Positions 12,807 through 26,399 of a stretch of 64,000 bases of DNA are shown here, in pieces. Source of the DNA: Mobula hypostoma (lineage: Eukaryota); contig NC_086108.1 in assembly GCF_963921235.1 (NCBI RefSeq), forward strand, positions 620,001 through 684,000. Direction: 5' to 3'. The notes beneath the pieces are model-generated. The model was not told the DNA's origin and ran no database searches. It was given only the letters and a program-made list of their open reading frames with translations. A program made the translations under genes and the position numbers. Numbering within the stretch: the first letter of the stretch is position 1; each line of letters opens with the position of its first letter.

Positions 12807-13312
12807 GAAAGAGAGCAATAGAGAGAGACCATACACACAAACATACAGAGACACGTACCACACATATACACACACCACACACAAACATACAGACACGTAC
12901 CACACATATACACACACCACACACAAACATACAGAGACACGTACCACACATATACACACACCACACACAAACATACAGACACGTACCACACACACCACAC
13001 ACAAACATACAGAGAGAGACACACACACACACACACACTACACACAGACCCACTCACACCACACACATACCACATACACCCATACAGAAACACAACCTTA
13101 TACACACACTCAGACAAAAGCACACCCACAAATACACAACACATAACATACACACGCACACACACATACACCACACGCGCACATACACATACAGTCACAT
13201 ACTACACACATACACGCCCATACTAACACACACACCTATACACACACACCCACGAACACACTCCACTCACACATGCGCACGCACTTAAACACACACCAAC
13301 GGTCACACACAC
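11546..13312. repeat. 1.8-kb CA/GA-rich low-complexity tract
   Basis: CA and GA runs, with a ~42-bp unit (ACACGTACCACACATATACACACACCACACACAAACATACAG) repeated at ~12850-13010. Confidence 0.95.
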
Positions 13313-13334
13313 GTATCAGACAGTGCTTTGCATG

Positions 13335-13700
13335 AACCTACCTGTCTCTGTACAAAGCACATACCTACAACATCCCCCTATACGTGCCTCCAATCACCTT
13401 AAAGTTATTCTCCTTCATGTTAGCCATTTCGTTCTGGGAGACAATCTCTGGCTATCCACTCGATCTATGTCTCTTGTCACCTTGTACATTTCTGTCAAGC
13501 CACCTCTCATCCTCCTTCGCTCCAAAGATAGCTCACTCAACCTATCCCCATAAGACACGCTCTCTAATCCAGGCAGCATCCTGATAAATCTCCTCTGCAC
13601 TCTCTCTAAAGCTTCCACATCCCGCCTATAATGAGGTGACCAAAACTGATCACAACGTTCCAAGTGTGGTTGAACCAGAGTTTTATAGAGCTGCAACTTT
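13335..13700 (-). mobile_element. CR1 fragment
   Basis: ORF 13415-13696 (LYKTLVQPHLERCDQFWSPHY). Confidence 0.85.
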
Positions 13701-13938
13701 ATCTATGCTCCTTAGTTTTATTCCCTTTCTCTGGGAAAAAGACAATGTGTATCCACCCTAACCGTGTTATACACTCTTCATTCTCCCAGTGTGAGGCCTC
13801 CTTTGGTCAGAGACAACCATGGATGTTGCGTTTCAACTGTCCAGCTACAAAAGCCAGTGCAGTACAATATGGAGAGAACCCTGTTCCCCACGCAGCAAGC
13901 TCCCCCTCTCCACGCATCTGATGAACCCAAAGTAATGG

Positions 13939-16900
13939 GACCTCTTCTGGGGCAGGTGGGACCTGTACAAGAGAGACGGGTTACACTTGAACTACGGGGG
14001 ACCAATATCCTTTCATGGAGGTTTGTTACTGCTATTGGGGAGGCTTTAAACTAGATTTGCAGGGGGGTGGGAACCAGAGTGCCAGAGCTGACAGTGTGGC
14101 TGGGGTGAAAATAAATGATGTTAAAAGTTCAAGCAAAACCACTGATAGAAAGGTTGTGAGTGGTGGTAAAAATCTTCTGAGGTGTATATATTTCAATGCT
14201 AGGAGTATTGCGGGGAAGGCGGATGAGTTGAGGGCATGGATTGACACGTGGAATTATGATGTTGTAGCAATTAGTGAAACTTGGCTACAGGAGGGGCAGG
14301 ACTGGCAGCTTAATATTCCAGGGTTCCGATGTTTCAGATGTGATCGAGGCAGGGGAATGAAAGATGGGGGAGTAGCATTGCTTGTTAGGGAAAATATTAC
14401 AGCAGTGCTCAGGCAGGACAGATTAGAGGGCTTGTCTACTGAGTCCTTATGGGTGGAGCTGAGAAACAGGAAAGATATGGCCACATTAGTGGGATTGTAT
14501 TACAGACCACCCAATAGTCAACGAGACTTGGAAGAGCAAATCTGCAGAGAGATAGCAGGCAACTGCAGGAAATATAAAGTTGTGGTGGTAGGGGATTTTT
14601 ATTTTCCATACATTGATTGGGACTCCCATACTGTTAGGGGTCTAGACTGTTTAGAGTTTGTAAAATGTGTTCAGGAAAGTTTTCTAAATCAATATATAGA
14701 GGGACCAACTAGAGGGGATGCAATATTGGATCTCCTGTTAGGAAATGAGTTAGGACAAGCAATGGAAGTCTGTGTAGGGGAGCACTTTGGTTCCAGTGAT
14801 CATAACACCATTAGTTTCAATTTGATCATGGACAAGGATAGATCTGGTCCTAGGGTTGAGGTTCTGAACTGGAAGAAGGCCAAATTTGAAGAAATGAGAA
14901 AGGATCTAAAAAGCGTGGATTGGGACAGGTTGTTCTCTGGCAAAGATGTGATTGGTAGGTGGGAAGCCTTCAAAGGAGAAATTTTGAGAGTGCAGAGTTT
15001 GTATGTTCCTGTCAGGATTAAAGGCAAAGTGAATAGGAATAAGGAACCTTGGTTCTCAAGGGATATTGCAACTCTGATAAAGAAGAAGAGGGAGTTGCAT
15101 GAAATGTATAGGAAACAGGGAGTAAATCAGGTGCTTGAGGAGTATAAGAAGTGCAAGAAAATACTTAAGAAAGAAATCAGGAGGGCTAAAAGAAAACATG
15201 AGGTTGCCCTGGCAGTCAAAGTGAAGGATAATCCAAAGAGCTTTTACAGGTATATTAAGAGCAAAAGGATTGTAAGGGATAAAATTGGTCCTCTTGAAGA
15301 TCAGAGTGGTCGGCTATGTGCAGAACCAAAGGAAATGGGGGAGATCTTAAATGGGTTTTTTGCATCTGTATTTACTAAGGAAACTGACATGAAGTCTATG
15401 GAATTAAGGGAAACAAGTAGTGAGATCATGGAAACTGTACAGATTGAAAAGCAGGAGGTGCTTGTTGTCTTGAGGAAAATTAAAGTGGATAAATCCCCGG
15501 GACCTGACAGGGTGTTCCCTCGGACCTTGAAGGAGATTAGTGTTGAAATTGCGGGGGCCCTGGCAGAAATATTTAAAATGTCGCTGTCTACGGGTGAGGT
15601 GCTGGAGGATTGGAGAGTGGCTCATGTTGTTCCGTTGTTTAAAAAAGGATCAAAAAGTAATCCGGGAAATTATAGGCCAGTGAGTTTAACGTCGGTAGTA
15701 GGCAAGTTATTGGAGGGAGTGCTAAGAGACAGAATCTACAAGCATTTGGATAGACAGGGACTTATTAGGGAGAGTCAACATGGCTTTGTGCGTGGTAGGT
15801 CATGTTTGACCAATCTATTGGAGTTTTTCGAGGAGGTTACCAGAAAAGTGGATGAAGGGAAGGCAGTGGATATAGTCTACATGGATTTCAGTAAGACCTT
15901 TGACAAGGTCCCGCATGGGAGGTTAGTTAGGAAAATTCAGTTGCTAGGTATACATGGAGAGGTGGTAAATTGGATTAGACATTGGCTCAATGGAAGAAGC
16001 CAAAGAGTGGTAGTAGAGAATTGCTTCTCCGAGTGGAGGCCTGTGACTAGTGGTGTGGCAGAGGGATCAGTGCTGGGACCATTGTTATTTGTCATCTATA
16101 TCAATGATCTGGATGATAATGTAGTAAATTGGATCAGCAAATTTGCTGATGATACAAAGATTGGAGGTGTAGTAGACAGTGAGGAAGGTTTTCAGAGCCT
16201 GCAGAGGGACTTGGACCAGCTGGAAAAATGAGCTGAAAAATGGCAGATGGAGTTTAATACAGACAAGTGTGAGGTATTGCACGTTGGAAGGACAAACCAA
16301 GGTAGAACATACAGGGTTAATGGTAAGGCACTGAGGAGTGCAGTAGAACAGAGGGATCTGGGAATACAGATACAAAATTCTCTAAAAGTGGCGTCACAAG
16401 TAGATAGGGTCATAAAGAGAGCTTTTGGTACATTGGCCTTTATTAATCAAAGTATTGAGTATAAGAGCTGGAATGTTATGATGAGGTTGTATAAGGCATT
16501 GGTGAGGCCGAATCTGGAGTATTGTGTTCAGTTTTGGTCACCAAATTACAGGAAGGATATAAATAAGGTTGAAAGAGTGCAGAGAAGGTTTACAAGGATG
16601 TTGCCGGGACTTGAGAAACTCAGTTACAGAGAAAGGTTGAATAGGTTAGGACTTTATTCCCTGGAGCGTAGAAGAATGAGGGGAGATTTGATAGAGGTAT
16701 ATAAAATTATGATGGGTATAGACAGAGTGAATGCAAGCAGGCTTTTTCCACTGAGGCAAGGGGAGAAAAAAACCAGAGGACATGGGTTAAGGGTGAGGGG
16801 GGAAAAGTTTAAAGGGAACATTGGGGGGGCTTCTTCACACAGAGAGTGGTGGGAGTATGGAATGAGCTGCCAGACGAGGTGGTAAATGCGGGTTCTTTTT

Positions 16901-17058
16901 TAACATTTAAGAATAAATTGGACAGATACATGGATGGGAGGTGTATGGAGGGATATGGTCCGTGTGCAGGTCAGTGGGACTAGGCAGAAAATGTTTTGGC
17001 ACAGCCAAGAAGGGCCAAAAGGTCTGTTTCTGTGCTGCAGTTTCTATGGTTTCTATAG
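13939..17058 (+). mobile_element. Near-intact CR1 LINE (end of ORF1, full ORF2, 3' UTR)
   Basis: 738-aa ORF with APE endonuclease and RT (YFNARSI, SETW, SDH, NYRPVSLTS, FADDTK). One TGA at 16229-16231 where W is expected; the frame continues to ~16830. TTCTATGG tail; TAATGG at 13933-13938 and 17060-17065. Confidence 0.95.
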
Positions 17059-17277
17059 TTAATGGCAGAGACAGATACTGTTTGGCACCAGTGGCATCGC
17101 AGGAGTTGCTACTCAGCATTAAACTCAATGTGGGACTTCCTTGGGGACCTCAGCTCTGGATTTTTCCCTTGGGGTTTACTTCCAAAGCCTTCCCTTTGAG
17201 TGGGTACAATGGAGGTTTGAGATTAGTGTTTTCTTTCACCGAGATGAACTGCCAATCGTGGCTGATGAGCCTCACCT

Positions 17278-17683
17278 CTCTCTCTCTCTGTATCTTGTTT
17301 TACGGCGGTTGGTATCCAGCTTAATGGTGCATTACCGCCACCCTCTGTTCCAGAATGTGCACTAGACATACATTCTAAATCCCTTCACCCAATCACACAC
17401 ACACACACACACAAACCTACACTTCACCCTCCCATCTTTGACCATCCTAGTATCCTATTCCTGTTTATTCGTCATATTCTATAAAAAACCCTGTACCCCT
17501 TAAAAACGCTAAAAATACCCGGACTTGTGCTCTCTCACCCATGCCCAGCAACCCTTTTAATGTGAATTCCTGCATCCCCAACTCCCTTAATTTATTTCTC
17601 ATCATCTCTCTCTGTATCCCATACTTCCTGCAACTCAGAACTACATGTTCTACTGACTCCTCTTCCTGACATTCCTCACACAA
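17278..17683 (-). mobile_element. I/Nimb-like non-LTR 3' end with CCHC knuckle and 13-bp TSD
   Basis: CEECQEEESVEHVVLSC; 3' UTR TGGCGGTAATGCACC; GA tail. ATGAGCCTCACCT at 17265-17277 and 17684-17696. Confidence 0.75.
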
Positions 17684-17966
17684 ATGAGCCTCACCTGTTT
17701 GGAGCAACTGAATTTAAAGTGCCAGTAATCCACCTCTGTCCCTTCTCCTGTCACTAGAAACAGTTCTGCTGGGCTTAGTAGCTAAGCTACACGTGAAGGC
17801 CAGGAGCTGGACTTGGTTGTCAGAAGCTATTTGAGACGCACGCCACTGGAAGCATTTAATAGGTAGTGGGAGCTTATACCCATTACCACACCCAGCTACG
17901 ACAACCTTAAGGAACCATGCTCCCAGTATATCTTTCATAAGATCAAGTTATGAATCTGGGGACATG

Positions 17967-19234
17967 TGTCATGGTCCGGTCCGTGAAGTCCGCATTCTGG
18001 TTCACAGTCCGATCCATCGATCCCTTATTCTGGGTTTTCCTGTTTTCCCTTCTTCCATTAGGTGCCTTAATTGAGACACCTGATTCTCATTTTGGGCTGG
18101 TACATAAATACCTCTCAAACCAAGGATACCCTGCTGGGTTGTTCCCTTCCCCTCCCTTCTGAAGCCTTGCCCGTATCCCTGTCAAGTTCAACTGCTGGAG
18201 TGAGACCGGAGCCTTGCCACACTAAGTTAAGCAACTACCTATGGTTGAATTTGGAACTATTTCTTTGTGTCCCTGTGTTAGTGTCTGTGTCAAAGAAGAA
18301 TCCTGCCCCTAGGTCCTGTTCCCAAGGAGGGGTCCTGAATCTGTGTTCTGTGTTCCAAGTTCCAGGTGCTGTGTTCCAGTCCTGTGCAAGTCAAGGCTTT
18401 GTATTCTCATCCAGTCCAGGAGTCCCTTGGCAGTTCCCTCGGCAAGTGTCTTCGCCAGTCATCCTGGCCTTGTGTCCTAGAAGGGTCCTGCTGGCTCTGA
18501 GCCTGAGTAGGAGTCCTGGTTCTGTACCCCAGAGCCTATCCCAGCCAAGTCCAAGAGCTGAGCCAAATCTAGTTCAAGAGCTATGCCCAGCCCTGGAGAT
18601 TCCTCGCCCAGCCTGGAGCTGGAGTTTCCTTGTTCTGTCCAGGAGTCCCTCATCCAGTCCTGGAGCCCCTTGTCTAGTCCAGTCCACATCCAAGGCTCTG
18701 AGCGTCCAGTCCACATCCAAGGCTCTGTGTTCCTGTGTTCCAAGACCAAGTCCAGGTGTCGTGTTCCAGCCCTGTCCAAATCTGAGCTTTGTGTCCTCAT
18801 CTAGTTCCGGTGCCTCGCCCAGCCTAGGAGATTCCTCGTCCTGTGCTGGGGTACCTCGTCCTGTCTTGTAGCCACGTCCTGTCCTTGCCAAGATCCTAGT
18901 CCCAAGTCTTAGCCTAGACCTGGGTTCCGGGTCCTTGTCCAGGCTCTGGTTCCAGAGTTCTGTGTTCTGAGTCCAGGCTCCTAGTTCCATGTCCAGGTCC
19001 TGCATTCCTAGTCCAAGTCCTAGCCCAGGCCCTGAGTCCTAGTCTCGTCCAGGGCCTGTGTCTATGTCCAGCTGTGCTTCTTCCTGCTATGCTTTGGTCT
19101 CTCCCAGATTTCCCTCTGATCAATCCTTGCTTCCTGACTTCCCTTGCTTTCTTGATAAACTCATTGCCCAGTTCCTAGTACTTCAGTGTCTGTGTCTTGA
19201 ATTTGGGTCTGCCATCAGTGCCCACCTGATGACA
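17967..19234 (+). mobile_element. Solo LTR (Gypsy-type), 1268 bp
   Basis: TGTCAT...ATGACA termini; 5-bp TSD ACATG at 17962-17966 and 19235-19239; TATA-like TACATAAATA at 18101; internal short tandem repeats. Confidence 0.85.
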
Positions 19235-19429
19235 ACATGAGATTGGAATCTGGAGCAAGACATAAAGGTACTGAAGGAACTCAGCATGTTAAGTAGTGAC
19301 TGTGGAGGAAAATGGACAGTCAACACCTTTGGGTCCAGACAAAAGATCTCAATCCAAAATGTTGACTGTTCATTTCCCTGATCGACTGAGTTCCTCCAAA
19401 TTACAATCTGTGCCACTTTTATGGAAATA

Positions 19430-19980
19430 GTTTGACACTTGGAGTACTGTGAGCAATTTTGTGCCCCCTATCTAAGAAAGGATGTGATGTCATTGGAGAG
19501 GGTCCAAAGGAACTTCATGAGAATTATCCCAGGATTGAAAGAATTAATGTTCCAGTCTGTGGTGAGGAGGGCAAATGCAATGTCAGCATTCATGTCAACA
19601 GGACTAGAATATAAGAGTGAGGGTGTGATGCTGAAGTTTCATAAGGCATTCACTAGACTTCACTAGAAGTACTGAGTAGTTTTGGCCCCCTAGCTAAGAA
19701 AAGATGTACTGGCATTAGAGAGGGTTCAAAAGAGGATTATGAGAATGATTCCAGGAATGAGAAGGTTAATGACTTAGGAATGTTTGATGGGTCTGGACCT
19801 GTACTCACTGGGGTTTAGAAGAATGAGAGGTGGATCTCAGTGAAACCTATTGAATATTGAAAAGCCTAGATATAGTGGACATGGAGAGGATGTTTTCTGT
19901 AGTGGGAACCAGAGGGCGGAGCCTCAGAAAAGAGGGACTTCCTTTTAGATGAGATGAGAAGGAATTTCTTGAGCCAGAAA
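19430..19980 (+). mobile_element. Decayed CR1 fragments
   Basis: Two LEYCEQF/LERVQR-like segments. Confidence 0.75.
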
Positions 19981-20049
19981 GCTCTGATCTCAAACCTCCG
20001 CTGCCTTGTTACTATACCCACACATGGGGAAGGCTTCAGGAGTAAACTC

Positions 20050-23000
20050 TTGAGGAAAAATCCGGAGCTGGAGTCCTTAAGTGGAGTGTTTTGTACTCTG
20101 TGTAGGATGTGGGAAGTCTGGGAGGCCTCCAGGCTCCCAGATAGACCCATCTGCACCAGGCACACTCAGCTGCATCGCCTGAGAGAACGTATCGAGGAAC
20201 TGGAGCTGCAGCTCAATGATCATGAGGGAGAGGAAGTGACAGACAGGAGCTACAGGGAGGTAGTCACCCCTAGTTTGCAGCAGGCAGGTAACGGGGTGAC
20301 TGTCAGAAGAAGGAGGGGAAATGCACAGCCAGAGCAGAACTTAAGGTGTTATATTTAAATGTGTGCTGTATACAGAATAAGGTGGATGAACTTGTAGCAC
20401 AGTTAAAGATTGGCATGTACAATGTTGTAGTCATCACTGAATCATGGGTGAAAGAAGATTATAAAGGGAGCTTAATGTCACAGGATGCACATTGTATTGA
20501 AAGGACAGGCAGGAGGGGGTGGGGTGGGTTGCTCTGTTGGTTTAAAAAAAAGTTAAATCATTAGAAAGGGGTGACATAGGATTGGAAGGTATTGCATCAT
20601 TATGGATAGGGCTAAGGAACTGCAGGGGTAAAAAGACTGATGAGATTTAAATACAGACACCCAAACAAAAGGATGTGGTCTACAAATTACAATGGGAGAT
20701 AGAAAATGCATGCCAAAAGGGCAATGTTACAATAGTCATGGGGGATTTCAATATGCAGGTAGATTGGGAAAATCATGTTGGTGCTGGATTCCAGGAGGAG
20801 GAATTTCTAAAATGCCTACGAGATGACCTTTTAGAGTAGCTCGTGGTTGAGCCCACTAGGGGATCAACTATTCTGGATTAGGTGTTGTGCGATGAACTGG
20901 AATTGATCAGAGAGCTTAAGATAAAAGAACCCTGAGGAGAAAGTGCTGGAATTCACTCTGAATTTTGAGAAGTTAAAGTCAGATGTATCAGTATTACAGT
21001 GGTGCAAAGGGAATTACAGAGGCATGAGAGAGGAGTTGGCCAGAATTGATTGGAAAAGAACACTGGCAGGATGATGTCAGAGTAACAATGGCTGGAATTT
21101 ATGGAAGCACATCCCAAAGAGGAAGAAGTATTTTAAAGGTGAGGTGACACAACTGTGGCTAACAAGGGAAGTCAAAGCCAACTAAAAATAGTCATAGTCA
21201 TAGTCATACTTTATTGATCCCGGGGGAAATTGGTTTTCATTACAGTTGCACCATAAATAATAAATAGTAATAAAACCATAAATAGTTAAATAGTAATATG
21301 TAAATTATGCCAGGAAATAAGTCCAGGACCAGCCTATTGGCTCAGGGTGTCTGACCCTCCAAGGGAGGAGTTGTAAAGTTTGATGGCCACAGGCAGGAAT
21401 GACTTCCTATGATGCTCTGAGTTGCATCTCGGTGGAATGAGTCTCTGGCTGAATGTACTCCTGTGCCCACCCAGTACATTATGTAGTGGATGGGAGACGT
21501 TGTCCAAGATGGCACGCAACTTGGACAGCATCCTCTTTTCAGACACCACCGTGAGAGAGTCCAGTTCCATCCCCACAACATCACTGGCCTTATGAATGAG
21601 TTTGTTGATTCTGTTGTCTGCTGCCCCAGCACACAACAGCAAACATGATAGCACTGGCCACCACAGACTCGTAGAACATCCTCAGCATCATCCGGCAGAT
21701 GTTAAAGGACCTCAGTCTCCTCAGGAAATAGAGACGGCTCTGACCCTTCTTGTAGACAGCCTCAGTGTTCTTTGACCAGTCCAGTTTATTGTCAATTTGT
21801 ATCCCCAGGTATTTGTAATCCTCCACCATGTCCACACTGACCCTCTGGATGGAAACAGGGGTCACCGGTACCTTAGCTCTCCTCAGGTCTACTACCAGCT
21901 CCTTAGTCTTTTTCACATTAAGCTGCAGATAATTCTGCTCTCACCATGTGACAAAGTTTCCTACCGTAGCCCTGTACTCAGCCTCATCTCCCTTGCTGAT
22001 GCATCCAACTATGGCAGAGTCATCAGAAAACTTCTGAAGATGACAAGACTCTGTGCAGTAGTTGAAGTCCGAGGTGTAAATGGTGAAGAGAAAGGGAGAC
22101 AAGACAGTCCCCTGTGGGGCCCCAGTGCTGCTGATCACTCTGTCAGACACACAGTGTTGCAAGCACACGTACTGTGGTCTGCCAGTCAGGTAATCAAGAA
22201 TTCATGACACCAGGGAAGCATCCACCTGCATCGCTGTCGGCTTCTCCCCCAGCAGAGCAGGGCGGATGGTGTTGAATGCACTAGGGAAGTCAAAAAACAT
22301 GACCCTCACAGTGCTCACTGGCTTGTCCAGGTGGGCGTAGACATGGTTCAGCAGGTAGACGATGGCATCCTCAACTCCTAGTTGGGGCTGGTAGGTGAAC
22401 TGGAGGGGATCTAAGTGTGGCCTGACCATAGGCTGGAGCAGCTCCAGAACAAGTCTCTCCAGGGTCTTCATGATGTGGGAGGTCAATGCCACCGGTCTGT
22501 AGTCATTGAGGTCGCTGGGGCGCGGCATCTTCGGCACAGGGACAAGGCAGGACATCTTCCACAATACAGGAACCCTCCAGAGCCTCAGGCTCAGGTTGAA
22601 TACATGGCGAAGTACTCCACATAGCTGAGGGGCACAGACTTTGAGCACCCTGGTACTGACACCATCCGGTCCTGCAGCCTTGTTTGGGTTGAGACGTTTC
22701 AGCTGTCTTCTCACCTGTTCAGCTGTGAAGCCCACTGTGGTGGTTTTGTGTGGGGGTGGGGTATAGTCATTAGAGCAGGGTGGAGGACTGTGAGGAGGGG
22801 TAGGAGGGGAGAGTGGAATATGTGTTGGTTGGAGGCCGACAACAGCTGGCTCATGTGGGGGATGGGCAGGGGTCACAAAAAGCCAAAGAGAAGGCATATA
22901 ATGCATAAATTAGTGGAAAGTTGGAGGATTGGGAAGCTTTCAAATACCAAAAGAAGGCAAATAAAAAAGTAATTAAGAAAGTAAAGATGGAATATGAAAC

Positions 23001-24815
23001 TAAACTAGCCAATAACTTTAAAGAGGATACCAAAAGATTCTTCAGATACATAAAGTATAAAAGAGAGGTGAGAGTGGATATCAGATGCTGGAAAACAACG
23101 CTGAAGAGGTAGTAAAGGGGGTGGGGGGACAAGGAAATGGCGGACGAACCACATAACTATTTTGCATCAGTCTTCATAGTGGAAGACATAACAGTATGGT
23201 GCAAGTTCCAGGTCTCGGGGGTCAGAAAGTGCGTGAAGTAACCACTACTAGAGAGAAGGTTCTTGACAAACTGAAAGTTCTGAAAGTAGATAAGTCACCT
23301 GCACAAGATGGTGTACACCCCGGGGCTCTAAAAGAAGAGGCTGAAGAGATTGTGGAGGCATTAATAATTATATTTCTAGTATCACTAGATTCTGGAATGA
23401 TTCTGGAAGACTGAAAAATTGAAAATGTCAGTCCACTCTTCAAGAAGGGAGGGAGGCAGAAGAAAGGAAATTATATGCCAGTTACTCTGTCCTCAGTGGT
23501 TGGCAAGATGTTGGAGTTGATTGCTAAGGATGTGTTTTTGAGGTAATTGGAGGCACATGGTAAAATAGGCCATAGTCAACATGGTTTCCTCAAGGGAATG
23601 TCTTGTCTGACAAATCTGTTGGAATTCTCTGAAGAGTTAACAAGCAGGATAGACAAAGGAAAATTGGTTGATGTTGTGTATTTAGATTTTCAGAAGGCCT
23701 TTGACAAGGTACCACACACAAGGCTGCTTAATGAGCTACGAGCCCATGGTATCACAGGAAAGGTTCGAGCATGGATAAAGCAGTGGCTGATTGGCAGGAG
23801 GCAAGGACTGGGAATAAAGGAAACCTTTGGTTGGCAGCCGGTGACTAGTGGTGTTCCAGGGGTCTGTGTTGGGACCAATTCTTTTTATATTAATGTCAGT
23901 GACTTGGGTGATGGAATTGATGGCTTTGTTGCAAAGTTTGCAGATGGTATGAAGATCAGTGGAAGGGCATGTCGTTTTGAGGAACTAGAGAGACTACAAG
24001 ACAAATTAGGAGAATGGGCAAAGAAGTGGCAGATGGAATATAGTGTCAGGAAGTGTATGGTCATGCACTTTGGAAGAAAAAATGAAAGGGTTGACTATTT
24101 TCTAAGTGGAGAGAAAATACAAAAAATTTAGTTGCAAATGAAGTTGGGAGTGTTTGTGCAGGATTCCCTAAAGGTTAATGAGTAGGTCAAGTCTGTGGTG
24201 AGGAAGACAAATGCAATGTTAGCATTAATTTTAAGAGGACTAATATATTAAAGCAAGGATGTGATGTTGAACTTTACAAAGCATTGGTGAGGGCTCACTT
24301 GGACTACTGTGTGCAGTTTTGGGCTCACAATAAGAAAGGATGTGCTGAATTGGGAGAGTGTTCAAAGGACATTCACGAAAATAATTCCAAGTTTAATTGT
24401 CTTGTCATATGAAGAGCATTTGATGGCTGGAATTCAGAAAAATGAGGGGTGACCTCACTGAAACCTATTGAATGGTGAAAGGCCTTAATAGAGGATGTTT
24501 CCTATGGTGAGCGAGTCTAAGACTAGATGACACAGCCTCAGATTACAGGGGTGTCCTTTAAGAACGGAGATGAGGAGGAATTTCTTTAGCTAGTGAGTGG
24601 TGAATCTGTGGAATTCATTGCCATACGGGCTGTGAAGGCCAAGTCTTTATGTATACTTAAGACAGAGGATGATAAATTCTTGATTGGTCAGGGCATGAAG
24701 GGATATGGGGAGAAGGCAGGAGATTGGGGCTGAGAGTAAAATTGGATTAGCCATGATGAAATGGTGGAGCAGATTTGATGGGCCAAATGGCCTAATTCTG
24801 CTCCTATATCTAATG
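20050..24815 (+). mobile_element. Old CR1 (ORF1 remnant to 3' UTR) interrupted by Rex1
   Basis: ORF1-like CTLCRMWE..RIEELELQL; endonuclease (VITESW); RT (YLDFQKAFDKVPH, FADG); 3' UTR ending ~24815. Confidence 0.85.
21188..22877 (-). mobile_element. Rex1/Babar LINE, 5'-truncated, with RT domain
   Basis: ORFs LNDYRPVALTSHIMK, FFDFPSAFNTI, GAPQGTVLSPFLF, KFSDDS, RLYFLRRLRSF; (ATGACT)n tail at ~21188-21208. Confidence 0.92.
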
Positions 24816-25079
24816 GTATTATTCAGATTCGATTTTGATTTGATTTTGATTTAAAGATTTGGACTCTATGTTGTTTTCAACACTGGCAACTCCTGTGACA
24901 CCAATGGTGTCAAACTGTATCAGTCTCCGCTGTTCCTTTGGATTCATCAGATGTGTGAAGAGGGGGATCCTGCCACGTGGGCAACTGCTTGAATTCCATA
25001 TCGTACTCCCTTGGCTTGTATACCATGTAGACAGCTGGAACACTACATTTAAGGCCAATCCCCGCTGATGGGGGGCCTT

Positions 25080-26310
25080 ACCTCACTACTGATACATCTG
25101 GCTCTATCTGACCCACTCAAACTGCAGTGAATTATGATCACTGCCACCCAAGGGTTCCCTTACGTTAAGCTCCCTAATCAAATATGGTTCATTCCACAGC
25201 ACTCAATCCAGTATTGCCTGTACCCTTGTGGGCTCAACCACAAAATGCTATAAAAAGCCATCTTGGAGGCATTCTACACAAGAGATTCTGCAGATGCTGG
25301 AATTCCAAAGCAACACAAAATGTTGGAGGAACTTGGCAGATCAGGCAGCATCTGTGGAAATGAATGAACAGATGACATTTCAAGACAGACCCTTCAGGAC
25401 TGAAAAGAAGGGAGAAGACCCCAGAATAAAAAGGCAAGTGGAAGGGAAGAAGGATGGTTGGTGATGGGTGAAACCAGGCGTGTGGGAAAGGTAAAGGGTC
25501 AGAGAAGAATCTGATAGGAGAAGAGAGTGGATCGTAGAAGAAAGGGGAGGAGGAGAGGACCCAAGGGGAGGTGACTGGCCAGTAATAAGGGAAAAGAAGC
25601 CACAGTGGGGAATAGAAGAAGAGAGGAGGGGGAGGGAAATCATTTTACCAAAAGGAGAAATCAATATTCATGCCATCAGGTTGGAGGCTACCCAGACAGA
25701 ATATAAAGTAACACACACAAAATGCTGGAGGAACTCAGCAGGCTAGACAACATCTATGGAGAGGGGTAAACAGTCGATGTTTTGGGCCGAGACCCTTCTT
25801 CAAGACTAGAAGATAAGGTGAGGGTGGCCTCATTTTGGCACAGAAGGAGGGCGTGTACTGGCATGTTGGAATGGAAATGATAATCAGAACTAAAATGTTT
25901 GGCCACAGGGAAGCTGCACTTAGGCAGGTGGAGCAGGAGTGCTCGACGAAGCCGTCCTCAACTTACAACAGCTCTCACCAGTGTAGAGAGGTGAGGAAGG
26001 AGCCATCTTGTAGGCATTCTACAAATTCCCTCTCTTGAGATCCAGCATCAACATGATTTTCCCAAACTACCTGCATATTCAAATCCCCCACGACTACCAC
26101 AACATTTCCCTTATTACATGCCATTTCTATTTCCTTTTGAAATTTATATCCCGCATGTTGACTACTGTTTGGAGGCCTGTATATAACTTCCATCAGGGTC
26201 TTTCTACCCTTGCAGTTTCTTATCTCTACCCACAAGGATTCAACATCTTCTGATCCTATATCACCACTTTCTAAGGATTTGATTTCATTTTTTACCAACA
26301 GAGCCACCCA
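25080..26310 (-). mobile_element. CR1 endonuclease fragment with a PLE insert (25279-26000)
   Basis: ORF 25975-26307 (ESLWVEIRN..YRPP). The PLE-derived insert is flanked by a 23-bp duplication. Confidence 0.8.
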
Positions 26311-26399
26311 GTCTCGGTATACTGAGGGTATTCAAATATAACACCCTCAGTCCTGTACGCAGCACCTTTATCAATTTTGTCCCCAAGTTGCACTTCAGT

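Noticed and set aside
11360..13288. 642-aa His/Thr-rich ORF and overlapping Cys/Val ORFs
   Set aside because: Artefacts of the (CA)n tract; no splice or domain evidence.
13915..13940. CTGATGA at ~13918 and ~17262 as hammerhead cores
   Set aside because: No stem II plus GAAA follows, even after removing the insertions.
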